From contig MU004192.1 of NCBI GenBank assembly GCA_010093605.1, positions 504,882 through 568,881 of the forward strand: DNA of 64,000 bases. The letters are read 5' to 3'. Under the pieces are notes generated by a model. That model was given only the letters and a program-made list of their open reading frames with translations, was not told the origin of the DNA and did no database searches. The first letter of the stretch is position 1, and each line of letters begins with the position of its first letter. The position numbers were made by a program, and so were the translations under genes. Below are positions 12,380 through 24,882 of this stretch, piece by piece. This DNA is from Lophium mytilinum. Lineage: Eukaryota.

Positions 12380-14216
12380 ATGCCACTTTCTATCCCTCGG
12401 TACAGGCCGCTTTGTGCCAGACTCTCTAGACTAGGAGGCTTTGTCAGGGAATGGCCTAGAAAGCCCACTAGCGAGACGTCGACTACAGCACCTACCTGGG
12501 ACGAAGAAGCATCGAGTATCAGCCAAAATGATGCCGGTTCTCCGCTGAGAAGGCCATTCAACTCTTCGCTGGCCGAATTCGGTTTCTGCTTTGCAGTCTG
12601 TGGATCGCAAGCTCTTGCTGTGAATAACTTCTCCTAGCAATACGTTCATATTTCCTGATATCTCGAACAGGAATATCTATTGACAGGCGCTGGGCAAATT
12701 TTCGACTCCGTGGCTGACGACTTCCATTCTTCAACCACGAGTATGGCTTGGGCGTCTTGCATTCATAGTGTCATCGTCGCTTCTGCAACTCTTCCGTTCG
12801 CACGCGCTGCCGACATCCATGGAGGTTACCCTGTCTTCATCTTCGGTATGATTTGGATACTCGTTTGGACTATTGTCGCGGGAATCTGCAAAAACACCGT
12901 CATATTTGCGTTCTGCAGAGCTAATCATGGCTTTGCGCTCGTGAGTACCATAACGTCACCTCAACAGATTTCCAGTCGTGCTAATCCGCTCACAGGCAGC
13001 CATACAACCAGCTAGTTTGGCCATGATTGGGGCAATTTACAAAGCCGGGAAACGTAGAAACATTGTGCTAGGCATCTTCGGTGCGTGTGCTCCTTTCGGC
13101 TTCTTTGCCGGAGTAGCCAGTGGCACGCTGTCTGCCAACTTCCACCACTGGCCATGGTATTTCTGGACTGCTGCGCTACTGTCATTCCTGGTCATAATAG
13201 CAACAATCCTCACCACTCCTCAGGCTTGTCGCGACCCACTTCCCTGCGAGATCGGAATGGACTGGTGGGGTTCTTTCACCATCTTCTCAGGCCTTCTGCT
13301 AATCACCTACTCGCTCTCTACCGGGTCTGACTACGACCACGCATACTTCTCATGGCAGACTCTGGTCCCACTCGGAATCGGGTTCATTCTGCTCTGCATC
13401 TCCGTCTACATCGAGCTCAAAGTCGCCTCAAGTCCACTACTACCAAAGCGATTCTTCAGCAACCCCTCAACAATCCCCTTCATCCTAGCCTGCCTCTTCT
13501 TCTACGGCGCATTCGGCATCTTTCTCTTCTACGCAACCTTCTAGTAAGCCCCCCCCCCCTCCCCACCCTCCTCCCCTATCTAAAACCCCCGCAGCCTCCA
13601 AACCGTCGCCTCCATCCCCCCCCTCACCCTCCTCACCTACTTCACCCCCCTCGGCATCGTCGGCATCCTCATCTCCCTCATCGCCGGCCTCATCATGCAT
13701 CTAACCCCGCTCACCCACCTGCTCCTCTTCTCCGGCCTCGCCTGGATCCTAACCCCCCTCCTCTTCGTCTTCGTCACCCGGGGTGGGGGTGGGACCACTT
13801 ACTGGGCCCTCATCTTCCCCGCCATGGTCTGCGCCGCCCTCGGCCTCGACCTCACCTTCACCATCTCCACCGTCTTCCTCACGTCGTCGCAGCCGCTCGA
13901 GTTCCAGGGTGTGGCGGGCGCCGTGTGCTCGAGCCTCGTGAACTTGGCGATTGCGTTCTCGCTGAGTTTCGCGCATGTGCTGTTTTCGCAGTTGCGGGAG
14001 AGGGGGGTGAGTGAGGAGGGGAGTTATCGCGCGGTGTTTTGGTTGGCGACGGCGAGTGCGGGGGTCGGGTTTGTGGTTTGTGTGGGTTGGGTGAGGATTC
14101 CGAGGGCGGCGGGGCAGGTGGGGATGGGGAAGGTGGAGGCGGAGGTAGGGGAGGGGGATGAGGCTGCGGATGGAGGATTTGAAAGTGGGGAACAGATCAA
14201 AGAGATTGGGATTTAG
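12380..14216 (+). CDS. MFS drug:H+ antiporter (DHA2 / Atr1-like), exons 12380-12619, 12671-12940, 12996-13543, 13595-14216
   Basis: ARAADIHGG (motif A), YKAGKRRNIVLGIFGACAPFGFFAG, WPWYFW, MDWWG and QGVAGAV. Three canonical introns join the ORFs in frame. Start codon is uncertain. Confidence 0.85.
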
Positions 14217-15821
14217 AGGGGAGCTGTAAGGTCCAGGGGACGCAAAGATGGCTTCGAGAGACTTGATGCTTGAAGGTTCAAGGGCTCAGGCATTCAGGGA
14301 GTGGGATGGGGATGGGAGGGGATAATGGAATCGAAAGAGCTGGGGATGGGGATGGGATGGGAGAACAGGATTGAGAGAGCTGGGTATCTTGGGCGTTTGC
14401 GTTAGTAGTGGTTTCTTTGGCTGCGTTTGAACAAGGCGGCCTGGCGGGTAATGTAGATAGATTGATTGAATAACGAAACTCCTTGATACGATACGCAACG
14501 AGCAGCATAGCTCAGGCTTGAATATACCACCCTACCCCTTTTGCGGTGAATCAGATACAGTTTGCCGGCTCTACCATATCCCGTGTGCCCGGAGACTACA
14601 TGAGAAGCCTGAACGCACATGACTCACGTGATATCCACTTTGTAGCCCTGTGATTCGGGTGTAGGTTGTTGTATTGTATCTAGCTACTCCGGGCGGCAGG
14701 TATACAGGCGGCTGCTTATCTAAGCAGCCGGCCCACAACTTGTTATCGGGCTTGGCGAGGGTATGTATCTCTCGCCGCCAAGGCAGCAAGGAGTGTTTTC
14801 TCCAGGAAGTGGAGACTGGACATCAAAAAGCGGAGTAAATACGTCGCCATGTTCGGGGTGTGGGGAATTCAAAATCATAATCTCCGATTACCAATGGAGA
14901 GGTAGAAGGATGTGGGATCAATTCTTACAACGCTATAACTTTATGCAGAGGCAGAGAGGGTGTGGATCAGAAAATATGTGCCACCCAACAACGAATAGAA
15001 GGGGGAAGGTTGATGGTGGATTGTGGGATTAACAATACAATTCTCCAGAAAACCATGGAGAGTTGGAGAAGTGTGGGATCAAAAAGAAACGTGGCATCGG
15101 TCCGACAGATGGAGGGAGATAGGTTGGGGGAGCTGAGCTCGCGGGAAATTCGCCATGTCAGAATGGGACGGGAAGTGAGACGGAATGATGAGAAAGCGGT
15201 AGCGCGTATGATGGTGGTCATCTCTAACTCGTCTCAGGAGTCTCCAGCACGCCTTTGCCGTGCTCATAGTCTCTTCCATCTGCTTAAAAGGGGAAAGTTC
15301 TTTTAATATGCGGGCTGTTACTCATCTTCAATCATACTGATATCCCCTTTTCACGTACGTTTTCCGCAACACGTTGTATCAGGCAAGGAGAAAAGGTCAA
15401 ATTACAAGGCCGTGAGATGTATGAACGGGAGCTAGTCCGTGCGATTTGGACTCGATCTTGATATATTATTGAGGGACAAGCTAGATTAAGCTATGTGAAT
15501 CTTGAAAAGCATAAACGAGGGTATACCTTACGTCAACGATAGCTGACTGGCGACTGGTTGAGGGCCCTCTGTCTCCAACACTCTTTCGAATTCTAAATAC
15601 GACGCGATTTTAAGATGCAATACCTTCGTCTGGACCGTACATTTAGGTCATCCGGATACGGTCTTTATATTTGAGAGCGCAAGCTTGCGGCTGTCCTTTA
15701 CCATGGGAGTGTCATCACACTCCCGGCTGGATTGCAGCTTCATGCCTTTAAAAAGGATGAAAACGAGCTTAGGCATCTCGCATTGCTCATGCCACTACTC
15801 CTCATACCCTCCAAATAGCGT

Positions 15822-17462
15822 TCAAAGCTTAGCATCCGGTCCTCTACGTCGTCCCTCAGCACCCGCCGCTACGTCCGGCGGAGCTATCAGCGGGCGGAAC
15901 AACGACCTCTCCTCGTACGATCGCGCCATCCGCTTCTGCCGCCAAGCCATACCTTTCCAACGACTTACCAGCACGCAAGCAACGCAGCCACCCCCCGTGA
16001 ACAACGAAAAGATCGTGAAAAACCACCCTCGTCCCACCGCGTGCCCTAGAGGTTCGATCACAGCCGCCGCAGCTGCGCTCAGCCCGCATCTCGTGATCTG
16101 CCCCGCGGCATACGCAGTGCTCGGCGCATCGGGGAAGACATCAACGAGCAGCGCGCTCGCTGTGTGGCTCAGAAGAGTGGAACACGCGCAGATGAAGAAT
16201 TGTAGGATGATGGGGATCGCGGGATGGGCGTGGCTTTGAACGGCCCATCCGTAGCCTGCTACGAGTGTGATTTCGAGCAGGATGAAAGGGATGATGTGGC
16301 GGTATCTGGCCCGCTCTAGTGGGAAACTGTCTAGGTTTGTTCGGCTATTGTGGCTGATGTCGATGTTGTGTTTGCGTGCTTCTTTGGCGTAGTTGGTGTC
16401 GATGAGCTTGCCGGCGATGATGCCACCGATGGTCATACCAATTAGGCCGGATAGGAAAACGAGACCGATCTGGAATGAGTTGTATCCGTATATTTCTTGG
16501 AATATCACGGGGATCGCGACCTGGAACATGTAATAGATGCAGTAGGATGAGGCTATCATCCAGAGTATTACGGCGCCGTCTGGGTGTAATATGATCCGGA
16601 GAGAGCCGAAGACGCTCAAAAGGCTCCGGGTTGGTTTCTCTACTAGCTCCCCGATTGAAGTCTCGGATTGCGGTGGAGCATAGCCGTTCCTCGCGCCATG
16701 GAAAATGGACGCCCAAGTCTGCCATATCCCATGCACTGATTCTGACCCGTTGCCGACGACGTTGCGAGCCGTCTCTGGGAGCGTCAGCCCTACCAGGACG
16801 AAGCAAATCACGCCCACCATCAGCAGCAGCAAGAAGACCCAAACATACCCGTCGGTGCTCAGCGCAATCGCCCCCGCAACGACTGGCCCAACCGCCGAAA
16901 TCGCGTTGCACGTTGACATCATAGGTCCCAGCATCTTCCCGCGCGTAGACACAATCGCGACATCAGCGACGATGCCGTACGCAATCGGGGTGGTGGCGGA
17001 TCCGCCGATGCTCTGCAGCGCGCGGAGAGAGATCAAGGCGGCGTAGCTGCTGCGGTTCAGGGCGAGGCCTAAACTCGCGCACGCGTAAATGGCGAGCATG
17101 GCTAGGAGAACGGGACGGCGGCCGTACATGTCTGCTAATGCTGCGAAGATCCCGGGAGATAGGGCCTGGCAGATTGCGTATACGGTTACTGTTAGGTTGA
17201 TGGCTTGAATGGAGACGTTGAAGTGGCTGCTCAGCATTGGTATCAGCGGGAAGTAGATCGTGGCTGAGAGGGTTGATGTGATCATAACGAAGCCGAGAAG
17301 GTAGGTTAGATAGGCGCGTGTTCCGTTTGAGAAGACGGAGTACTGCTCTTCTGCCTGAGAGGACGTTTCGCTAGAATGTGAGATTCCGGCCCCGGCCTTG
17401 TCTATCGGTGCAGCCATTGTGCCGGTATCTTGCGTCGGCGATATCTCCTGGTCGTGAGCCAT
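15822..17462 (-). CDS. MFS multidrug transporter (DHA1, Qdr/Aqr1/Dtr1-like), 546 aa
   Basis: Single ORF with IYFP, INLTVTVY, LADMYGRRPV, LRALQSIG, LPETAR and FPLERAR; about 12 hydrophobic segments. Confidence 0.93.
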   Translation of the reverse strand: MAHDQEISPTQDTGTMAAPIDKAGAGISHSSETSSQAEEQYSVFSNGTRAYLTYLLGFVMITSTLSATIYFPLIPMLSSHFNVSIQAINLTVTVYAICQALSPGIFAALADMYGRRPVLLAMLAIYACASLGLALNRSSYAALISLRALQSIGGSATTPIAYGIVADVAIVSTRGKMLGPMMSTCNAISAVGPVVAGAIALSTDGYVWVFLLLLMVGVICFVLVGLTLPETARNVVGNGSESVHGIWQTWASIFHGARNGYAPPQSETSIGELVEKPTRSLLSVFGSLRIILHPDGAVILWMIASSYCIYYMFQVAIPVIFQEIYGYNSFQIGLVFLSGLIGMTIGGIIAGKLIDTNYAKEARKHNIDISHNSRTNLDSFPLERARYRHIIPFILLEITLVAGYGWAVQSHAHPAIPIILQFFICACSTLLSHTASALLVDVFPDAPSTAYAAGQITRCGLSAAAAAVIEPLGHAVGRGWFFTIFSLFTGGGCVACVLVSRWKGMAWRQKRMARSYEERSLFRPLIAPPDVAAGAEGRRRGPDAKL

Positions 17463-19269
17463 AGTTGTGGAAAATGGAAATGAAGTTTCGCTCGAGTTTT
17501 GTAAGAAGTAGGAGAGAGATTGCTAGTTTAAAATGATGTTCTTGTGCCCGGGTCTTGAGTCATCAGAGTTATACCTTGTAGGATTGCGCGATAGCTCCAC
17601 AGTTTCTCGAGTGCCAGCATTCGTACAAGGGACAGCGTTTAGTTCCGTATCAACACAACATGGCAACTGTACAGTCCAAACAATCAGGCCTCGTCGAACG
17701 AACCCATTGGCGCAATGCCATATGTGCTGGTGCCGGCCAGTATTAAGAGACTATGTTCGAAGCTTAACGGAGTGTTCCCCAGGACGGAGCCGTACCCCAA
17801 CTCCATCGTGAAAGAACTGGAGCTAGTAGGAAGCTGCAGGTAAAGTTGTGACGTATGGCGAACACGGACGAATCCTACCCAATGGGCTATGGCGAACGGG
17901 AGTCATCCAAGAAGATCTACAAGCCCTTATTCCCGAGCCCTTCAGCTTCGAAAACCACAAAGTCCAGAGCTGTTCTACGCACTTCTGCCTGTCCAGTTTA
18001 GAGATATTTTTACCACTACCGTATCGCTGCCCGTCGAGCTCACAGCGTGATTAGCAACCATGCACAGAGAAAGCCAGTCTCCCACTGTCAGATTTAGCCT
18101 CTTAAGTTACTATAGTACCTGTGGTGGAAACATGGCCCATATAGTGGATTGGCAGGAGAGCTCGGAAGATTGTCTACCACTACCTTTCCTCGGCGTAATC
18201 TATCTGATATCTTTCGCTCTCAGAAGGTGTTGAGACTCAAGTTTCGGGTATCTCTTTTGACGATCGGGGTAAAGTGTATCTGACAATCTGTGTTTACGAT
18301 GTGTAAAAGAGACATGTAAGCTCGGTAGCAACGTAGACCGCTACTCTATAGCTCACCTTGATAAAGGCTCACCTTAGTAAAGTTGAAGCGAGTCTTCATA
18401 GTCTAAGCTCCTCTTATAGCGGTTGACTTCCCTATTATATGCCTTCAACACCTGTTACAATTAGCACTTAATACACCCTTGTGATTAGAGCTCTCTTATA
18501 TAGAAGCAGTATATCGACCGGACATCTGGAAACCTTGGTTAGCCGTCTAGTATAGGTCCGGAACAATAAGTTCTGGCTGCAACGAAAGCATGCATATAGA
18601 GTTTTGTGCTGAGTAAGGGTTGCGGACCGGGTGCCAAGCATTGAACGCTAGTTCTACCTAATCTTGCACCCGCCGACAGATGCATGAATGCACCAAGGCT
18701 CTGATATTTCTATGTGCCAGGGTATTCAGCGCAACTCTCGGTCTCTGGTCGCATGACAAAGAATCAGCTTAACGCGAAGTCTAATTCAGGCCGGGGCTCA
18801 AAGAAAGCCCAAGACCTCGGAAGTCGAGATGCCGAAACAAAGTGTCGTCAGTGTCCGCCCGTCATTGACGACAGCAACTGAGAAGTGGAACTCACCCCGA
18901 TTCTCTAAGCCAAGCAGCTCACCCGCAGCATGAGCCAAGCAGTATTATCTTTAATAGCATTACGGTGGCGGCTGACGAGAGGGCCAAGTCAAGCACAAGC
19001 CCGTGGCATTACGAAACTGAAAAAAGTGTCTAGATGCTCGGGAGAAACCGCGACCGCTATTCTTTACCCCAGACCTCACCAACACCCCCGGGCCAGCTCC
19101 CGCGAATTATACCCTACTTATATGTAAAGCTTCCTACACCGCCGATTCGATACGAATCGCCTTTCCTGCTACACGTAAACCTCCCACGAGGCTTCAAACA
19201 GGAATGACCTAGCACCACCGCTCACCGACGACCTCCTTGTAGACGACGGATCCCTGCATATACTATATC

Positions 19270-21311
19270 ATGAACTGTCCTTCGCGCGTCGACCCAGCGC
19301 ATATGGACGGCTGGAATCAGAACCCGGACTCCTTAAATGCGGACGCGACGACGAGAGCGGATTTGGGTCAATTGGCGAATGCGAGACTGAGGAGGGATCA
19401 TTTGGAGATGGGCGAGGTGCAGCAATTACAGATCGAGGAGGTGGGGCAGGATAATAACAATGAGCGGGATAATAATGGATGTGAGCAGGGGAAGGGGGCG
19501 GGCGGGGCTCGGGTTACTGAGAAAGGTACTCTGGCTGCTGCCGGTGAGGGGGGTGGTGATGCGGGAGGACGAGATGGGGTTGCGGAGAAGAGTCGGACAC
19601 CGGCGATGAGGAGGTTTGGGAAGAAGGCCTGGCACATTGGTTCCAAGTACCTGAGTTTCATTGGGCCAGGAATGATGGTCGCGGTAGCATATATTGATCC
19701 TGGTGAGTGGCGTTGGCTTTCGTTTTGGGGTCACACGACATCGTACTCTGGAGATGTTTCAGTGGTGGAATTCAAGCTTTTTCTCGCTCCTATCTATATC
19801 TATCATATCCGCTTCTTGTAGTTGAGGATTCGGGGCTAACAGTCTTCAAGGTAATTATGCTACCGACGTTGCTGCCGGGGCTTCCTATCGGTTCAAGCTC
19901 CTCTTCATCATTCTCATGTCCAACATCTTCGCCATCTTTCTCCAGTCTCTCTGCATCAAGTTGGGCTCGGTCACGGGGATGAATCTTGCTGAGAATTGCA
20001 AGGCTCATCTTCCGCCGTGGCTTAATATTGCACTCTACGTATTTGCGGAATCGGCTATCATTGCTACTGATATCGCTGAGGTTCGTTGCTATCACCACTT
20101 ATTTTTACGAGTCTGATGATGGATACAGGTTATTGGCACTGCTATTGCTCTTAATGTTCTTTTAAAGGTACCTCTAGTGGCTGGCTGTGCCATTTCCATC
20201 GTGGATGTACTCATAATTCTATTCTTCTACCGGCCTTCTGGATCCATACGGGCTCTACGCGCCTTCGAGTTCTTTGTAATGGCGTTGGTTCTCGGCGTCG
20301 TGATCTGCTTTTGTTTCCAACTCAGCTTGATCGAAAACACGCCGGTCGGTGAGGTCTTCCGTGGCTACCTGCCATCATCTGCCATCGTAGAATCCCAAGG
20401 GTAAGCCAATTGTTTCTTCTCAATACTACATCGTCAGCTAAAATTCTGTCAGCTTATACCAATCCTGCGGTATTCTTGGTGCTACTGTAATGCCTCACAG
20501 TCTCTATCTCGGATCTGGAATCGTCCAAGCCCGCCTCCGCGAGTTCGACAAAAGCGAAGGCAATATCTCCGACTCGGAAACTTCCCGTCAATCTCACGAC
20601 GCGACTGGTGACGACCGCGACACCGATTTCGCGAAGTATCGGCCATCACTCGCCGCGATCCGCTCCTGCATGACCTACAGCATCGTCGAGCTCGCCGTCT
20701 CACTTTTCACATTTGCTCTCTTCGTCAACAGCGCGATCCTCATCGTTGCCGGTGCTTCTCTCTATAACGTTGAGGGCTCCGACAGTGCCGACCTTTTCAC
20801 CATTCACGATCTGCTCTCCTCATCTCTCGCACCCACCGCCGGCACCATCTTCGCCCTCGCACTGCTCCTCTCCGGCACGTCCGCCGGCATCGTCTGCACC
20901 ATCGCCGGGCAGATGGTCTCAGAAGGCCAACTCAACTGGACTGTGAAGCCCTGGGTCCGCCGTCTCATGACGCGCAGCATCAGCATCACGCCTAGCATCA
21001 TCATTGCAGGTGCGGTGGGCCGGCATGGGTTGAGTCGGGCGTTGGAAGGCAGTCAGGTTGCCCTGAGTGTGATTCTGCCCTTCACCAGTGCACCGCTCAT
21101 CTGGTTTACATGTCGAAGTCAGTACATGAAGGTTTCGGTAGGTGCGGGTGGGGTGGATGAGGGCAATGGGGAGGATGCGGAGAGGGACAGTCCGAGGGAT
21201 GTGCAGATGCGGAATCACTGGATTACGGCGAGTTTCGCGGTGGTTATTTGGACGGTGATAGTGGTTATGAATATTGCGCTGCTGGTGCTTGTTGGGAAGG
21301 GTGTTGCGTGA
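19270..21311 (+). CDS. NRAMP-family divalent metal (Mn/Fe) transporter, Smf1/Smf2-like; introns 19703-19850, 20081-20128, 20401-20452
   Basis: Signature AYIDPG|NYATD, plus ATDIAE|VIGTAIAL, GATVMPHSLYLGS and GIVCTIAGQMVSEG. Confidence 0.93.
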
Positions 21312-22125
21312 GTGGGACAACATGGTCTGGAGTATTGGAGGGCCCCTTCGTGGCTTCGAGGTATTAAGGAACTGGGAAATGGGTAGAACTCTTTCGTCCT
21401 GCTGAAATCATCCTAGATCTTTCAACCAAATAGGAAATATGCAGAGTTGAATGCGGCAGCAAAAGCATGACTCTCGGTCTCCGGATTGCTAAGTACGACT
21501 ATTCTGACGTTGCAAAGTACTATGTGGATACGCCGTCGACTCTCATTCGCTGATTATCAGACATGGCCCAGTTCGGAAGGTCAGTAACGACTAACACATG
21601 CCACTCGATAATTTTCAGACCATTGCGAGCCGTCTCATTCTACAATACCACCGTCCCCAATCCTACCAATTGTTTCCATAAATATTTTTCAAGGTTTATT
21701 ATCATGTCATGTAACGATAATCGGCTCTACTGAGAAGGCGCTGTTCGCTGGAAACAGTGGAGTTCCCCTGCACACAAGCAACCGGCGCTAATTCGACTCA
21801 TGTCGGCTCATTCGCTAGCTTCGGGTGACATAAAGTGGATGATATATATTGAGGCGCAGAATAACCGTGTAACGTTCATTGTTCTTGCCCTCGACTTACT
21901 TTAAGATGTGGCTCTTGTAACGTTAGAATCTAGATCTAGGCCTAGACGTTTCTTTCCTTCTACTCGAACACAGTTAGCTGACGACTATATCCACTTTCGC
22001 CTTTATAAGCCATCTGTAAGCTTGTGATCTCACAGCGTTTTGGATATACTTCTACCTACAAGTAAGGCTTGCTCTGGCAACCTTCTTTTGTCCTTAGAAA
22101 ATTCTCGCGGTGAAAGCAAGTCGAT

Positions 22126-23169
22126 ATGGCGGAATCTATTGAGAAACGCCCTCATTTCAAGCCTGGCGAGGTCATTATTTCGCCGGTGACGGAGGCGGAT
22201 CTGATCTCCCTCGTAAGTCTTTCTCTACCACTGATATCTCATCTCAAGCTTTCTTCATCTCAATATCTCGTCTTAAACCTCTATTGTCATCATCTTCAAC
22301 TCACGACTCCAACTTCCATAATTCCCCAACCAAACTCCGTATAACTAATTTCAAGACCACCCGACTAACCCCAACCCACAGGCCGAAGGCTACTACGCCT
22401 CCTTCGACCCCTCCTGGTTCGACAAAGTACCCCCCCCTAGATCGAGCCCCACCCCCTCCGCCCCTCCCCCAGCACCCAAGCCTTCCGCTTCGCCGAGCGC
22501 ATGAAGCCCTGGCTGCGCGAGCCGCACACGCGCTGGACCAAAGCCACGCTCTCCCCCACCTCGCCCTCCTCCGACGCCGCTTACCCCAACCGCGTGATCG
22601 GGCACGCCGGGTGGCTGGCGCCCGCGCGCACGGCGACCGAGACGCTGAATTTCTGGCGCAAGGACGCTAGCGAGGTGCTGGGGTGGCGGGCGAAGATGGG
22701 GTGGACGGAGGCGTATGAGGAGGAGCTGTGGAGCGGGACGGATGTGGAGGTGGCGATGGGGGTTTTTGAGAAGTGGGATCGGGTGAGGGGGGAGCTGATG
22801 AAGGGGAGGGTGGGGGGGTATTGGTGAGTTATTGTTTTTTGTGGTAACTGCGTGTGTTTATTGAGCTGGTGCTGGGCTGGAAAGGGGAGCAAGAGGCTGA
22901 TGTTTGTGGATAGGCATCTTGCGCCGCTCTGGGTGATTCCCGAGTTCCAGGGCCGTGGGGTTTCGAGTTTATTGGTGAGGGATGTGGCGGAGCTTGCGGA
23001 TCGGGAGACGCCGTCGACGCCGATGTATTTGGAGGCGATGGAGAAGGCGATGCCGGTTTATCGGCATTTTGGGTATCAGGATGTTGAGGGAGAGGGGGCG
23101 GGGTTTGTGATGATTAGGTATGGACCGCCGAAGGAGGCGGTTGAGGAAGAGAAGGAGAAAGCGGAGTAG
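22126..23169 (+). CDS. GNAT-family acetyltransferase, exons 22126-22212, 22382-22426, 22441-22823, 22914-23169 (needs removal of a 14-nt GT..AG segment)
   Basis: Acetyl-CoA motif HLAPLWVIPEFQGRGVSSLL, MYLEA and VYRHFGY. The outer introns are canonical; the frame only closes if 22427-22440 is removed. Confidence 0.75.
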
Positions 23170-24882
23170 CGGAGGCCAGGTAAGGGAAGTATTAGGAGTG
23201 GGGTTGGGGCGAGCATGATCTGAATGCCAGGAATAGTGAGACTGTTTGGGAGATGGTTTAATGGTAAATTCTGAAATTTGATGTCTGGGAACGGGTTTAC
23301 GATCAGATAGCTGAGAGCTCGTGGATGGGCATGCTTGCTCATGTGATGACTATTAGATCGGGATTACTAAGACTCTTTTAACGATTCCTTAGCGGTATAA
23401 GAGACTTGTTTCGACTGCTTCCAGTTCTCTTTCGACATGGTGCTCTAGGGAACGTTCAAAACGACTGGGACATGCAGCCGATGAGCTGTCCGTGGCGGAA
23501 CCGTTCAAAATCGGTTGGAAGTCCACACATGATGTGGAGCCGTTCGGCTGGATCAAAAGGTACTCGAAGCACTGCCTATGTCCTGGAGGATGTGGTGGTG
23601 GAAGTGGCGTCTGTAGCGGAGGTGTTCCGACGGGCAATAATGAAGTGCATCAGTTCTCGATCATGCTGCTCGCCGTGGCCTACCGCCATCGACATTACAG
23701 TTCAGTATATCCATATGCTGGCTGTTGTCTTCGACACTTTCTCCAATAATAAGAGGGAAGGAGTTCAAATGAAGGCACTCGGTACCAGTAGCTGATGACC
23801 GTCATTACTGCGGGAGCCATAAGTACTTGTACTCATGGCAGGTATTGCCATTTGGTGCAAACACTGTTCCACACGCCGCCATATAGGTGTCGCTCGCGTA
23901 TCGTCTACAGCACTCATCAAGTCACCGCTTCCGACCATGTTACCAGCCCTTGAGTTCCTTCCTTTCTGGCTCTTTAGGAGGAATACAGGCTGCTCTTCTA
24001 TATCGGCGGAAGATGCGTTCTGTGCGCGCTATTGTTATAGTCGGGGGGGTGCACGTGGTGTCCGTGGTGTACACGTGTTTTAGCATTTGATGAGAAGGCA
24101 GTGCAGTAGGCTATTTCGTTGCTCTCTACCTCTATCGCTACATTACGTGCATAGGCTTGCGATTGTTAGGTTTACTCCTTTAGCTGGCTCCGTCTTGTCT
24201 AGAATCTTTGTGGTTGAGAAGAGAAAATACAACCTTGGAACCTCTTGAAGTCTGATAATGGAGCCATGGTAAACCTCCAGTTTTGGGCTAATGTTTGACC
24301 GGCGTGAAGATTGGCCGCCTAGGACGTTGCTATTCCCCCTTGACGGTGCTCGGAGGTTTTAGCTCGCCCGTACAGAAGTCTTGTGACTTGATTTTAGAGT
24401 TTCAACTTCTCTGACTAAGTCTTGTCTCGAACATTTTGAAGGTGGCAGAGTTTTGGAAAATATTCAGCTTTTGGCTGTGCAGACCCTTTGGGGTCACCGG
24501 TTTTGAGGCGAGCACTCCCCGGCTCCAGCTGTCCAATTGAGGTCTAAGAGCCAATATGGTGGCTTGATAAGATGCCGCCACAAAGGCTTAATCTGTGTAA
24601 GCGTTCTCTTAAAATGAGCCTCCAACTTTCGCTTTCTCTTGCGAAGGGCAGGACGCTCCAGTGGTTGATGTTCAACTACCCTTCTACCCGACCTCGCCGA
24701 GTTCTCAGGCTCAGGCACCTCGCGAACTTCGCGTATGAATTCGTTAAATGCGGCTGAGAACCCCCATGCCTCACAGGCCTACGTGTATATCGTCGCCGTA
24801 CGGATATATTAAGTTCCATTTCAGTATGCCTTGAATTGAGCATAGTAGCTTCTGTGTCTGTCGTCCGCTTTGAAGTCAAAAT

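Noticed and set aside
23492..23749. Cys/Gly-rich ORF (CLCPGGCGGGSGVCSGG) as a possible small secreted peptide
   Set aside because: No ATG start or signal peptide and no family match that I can support.
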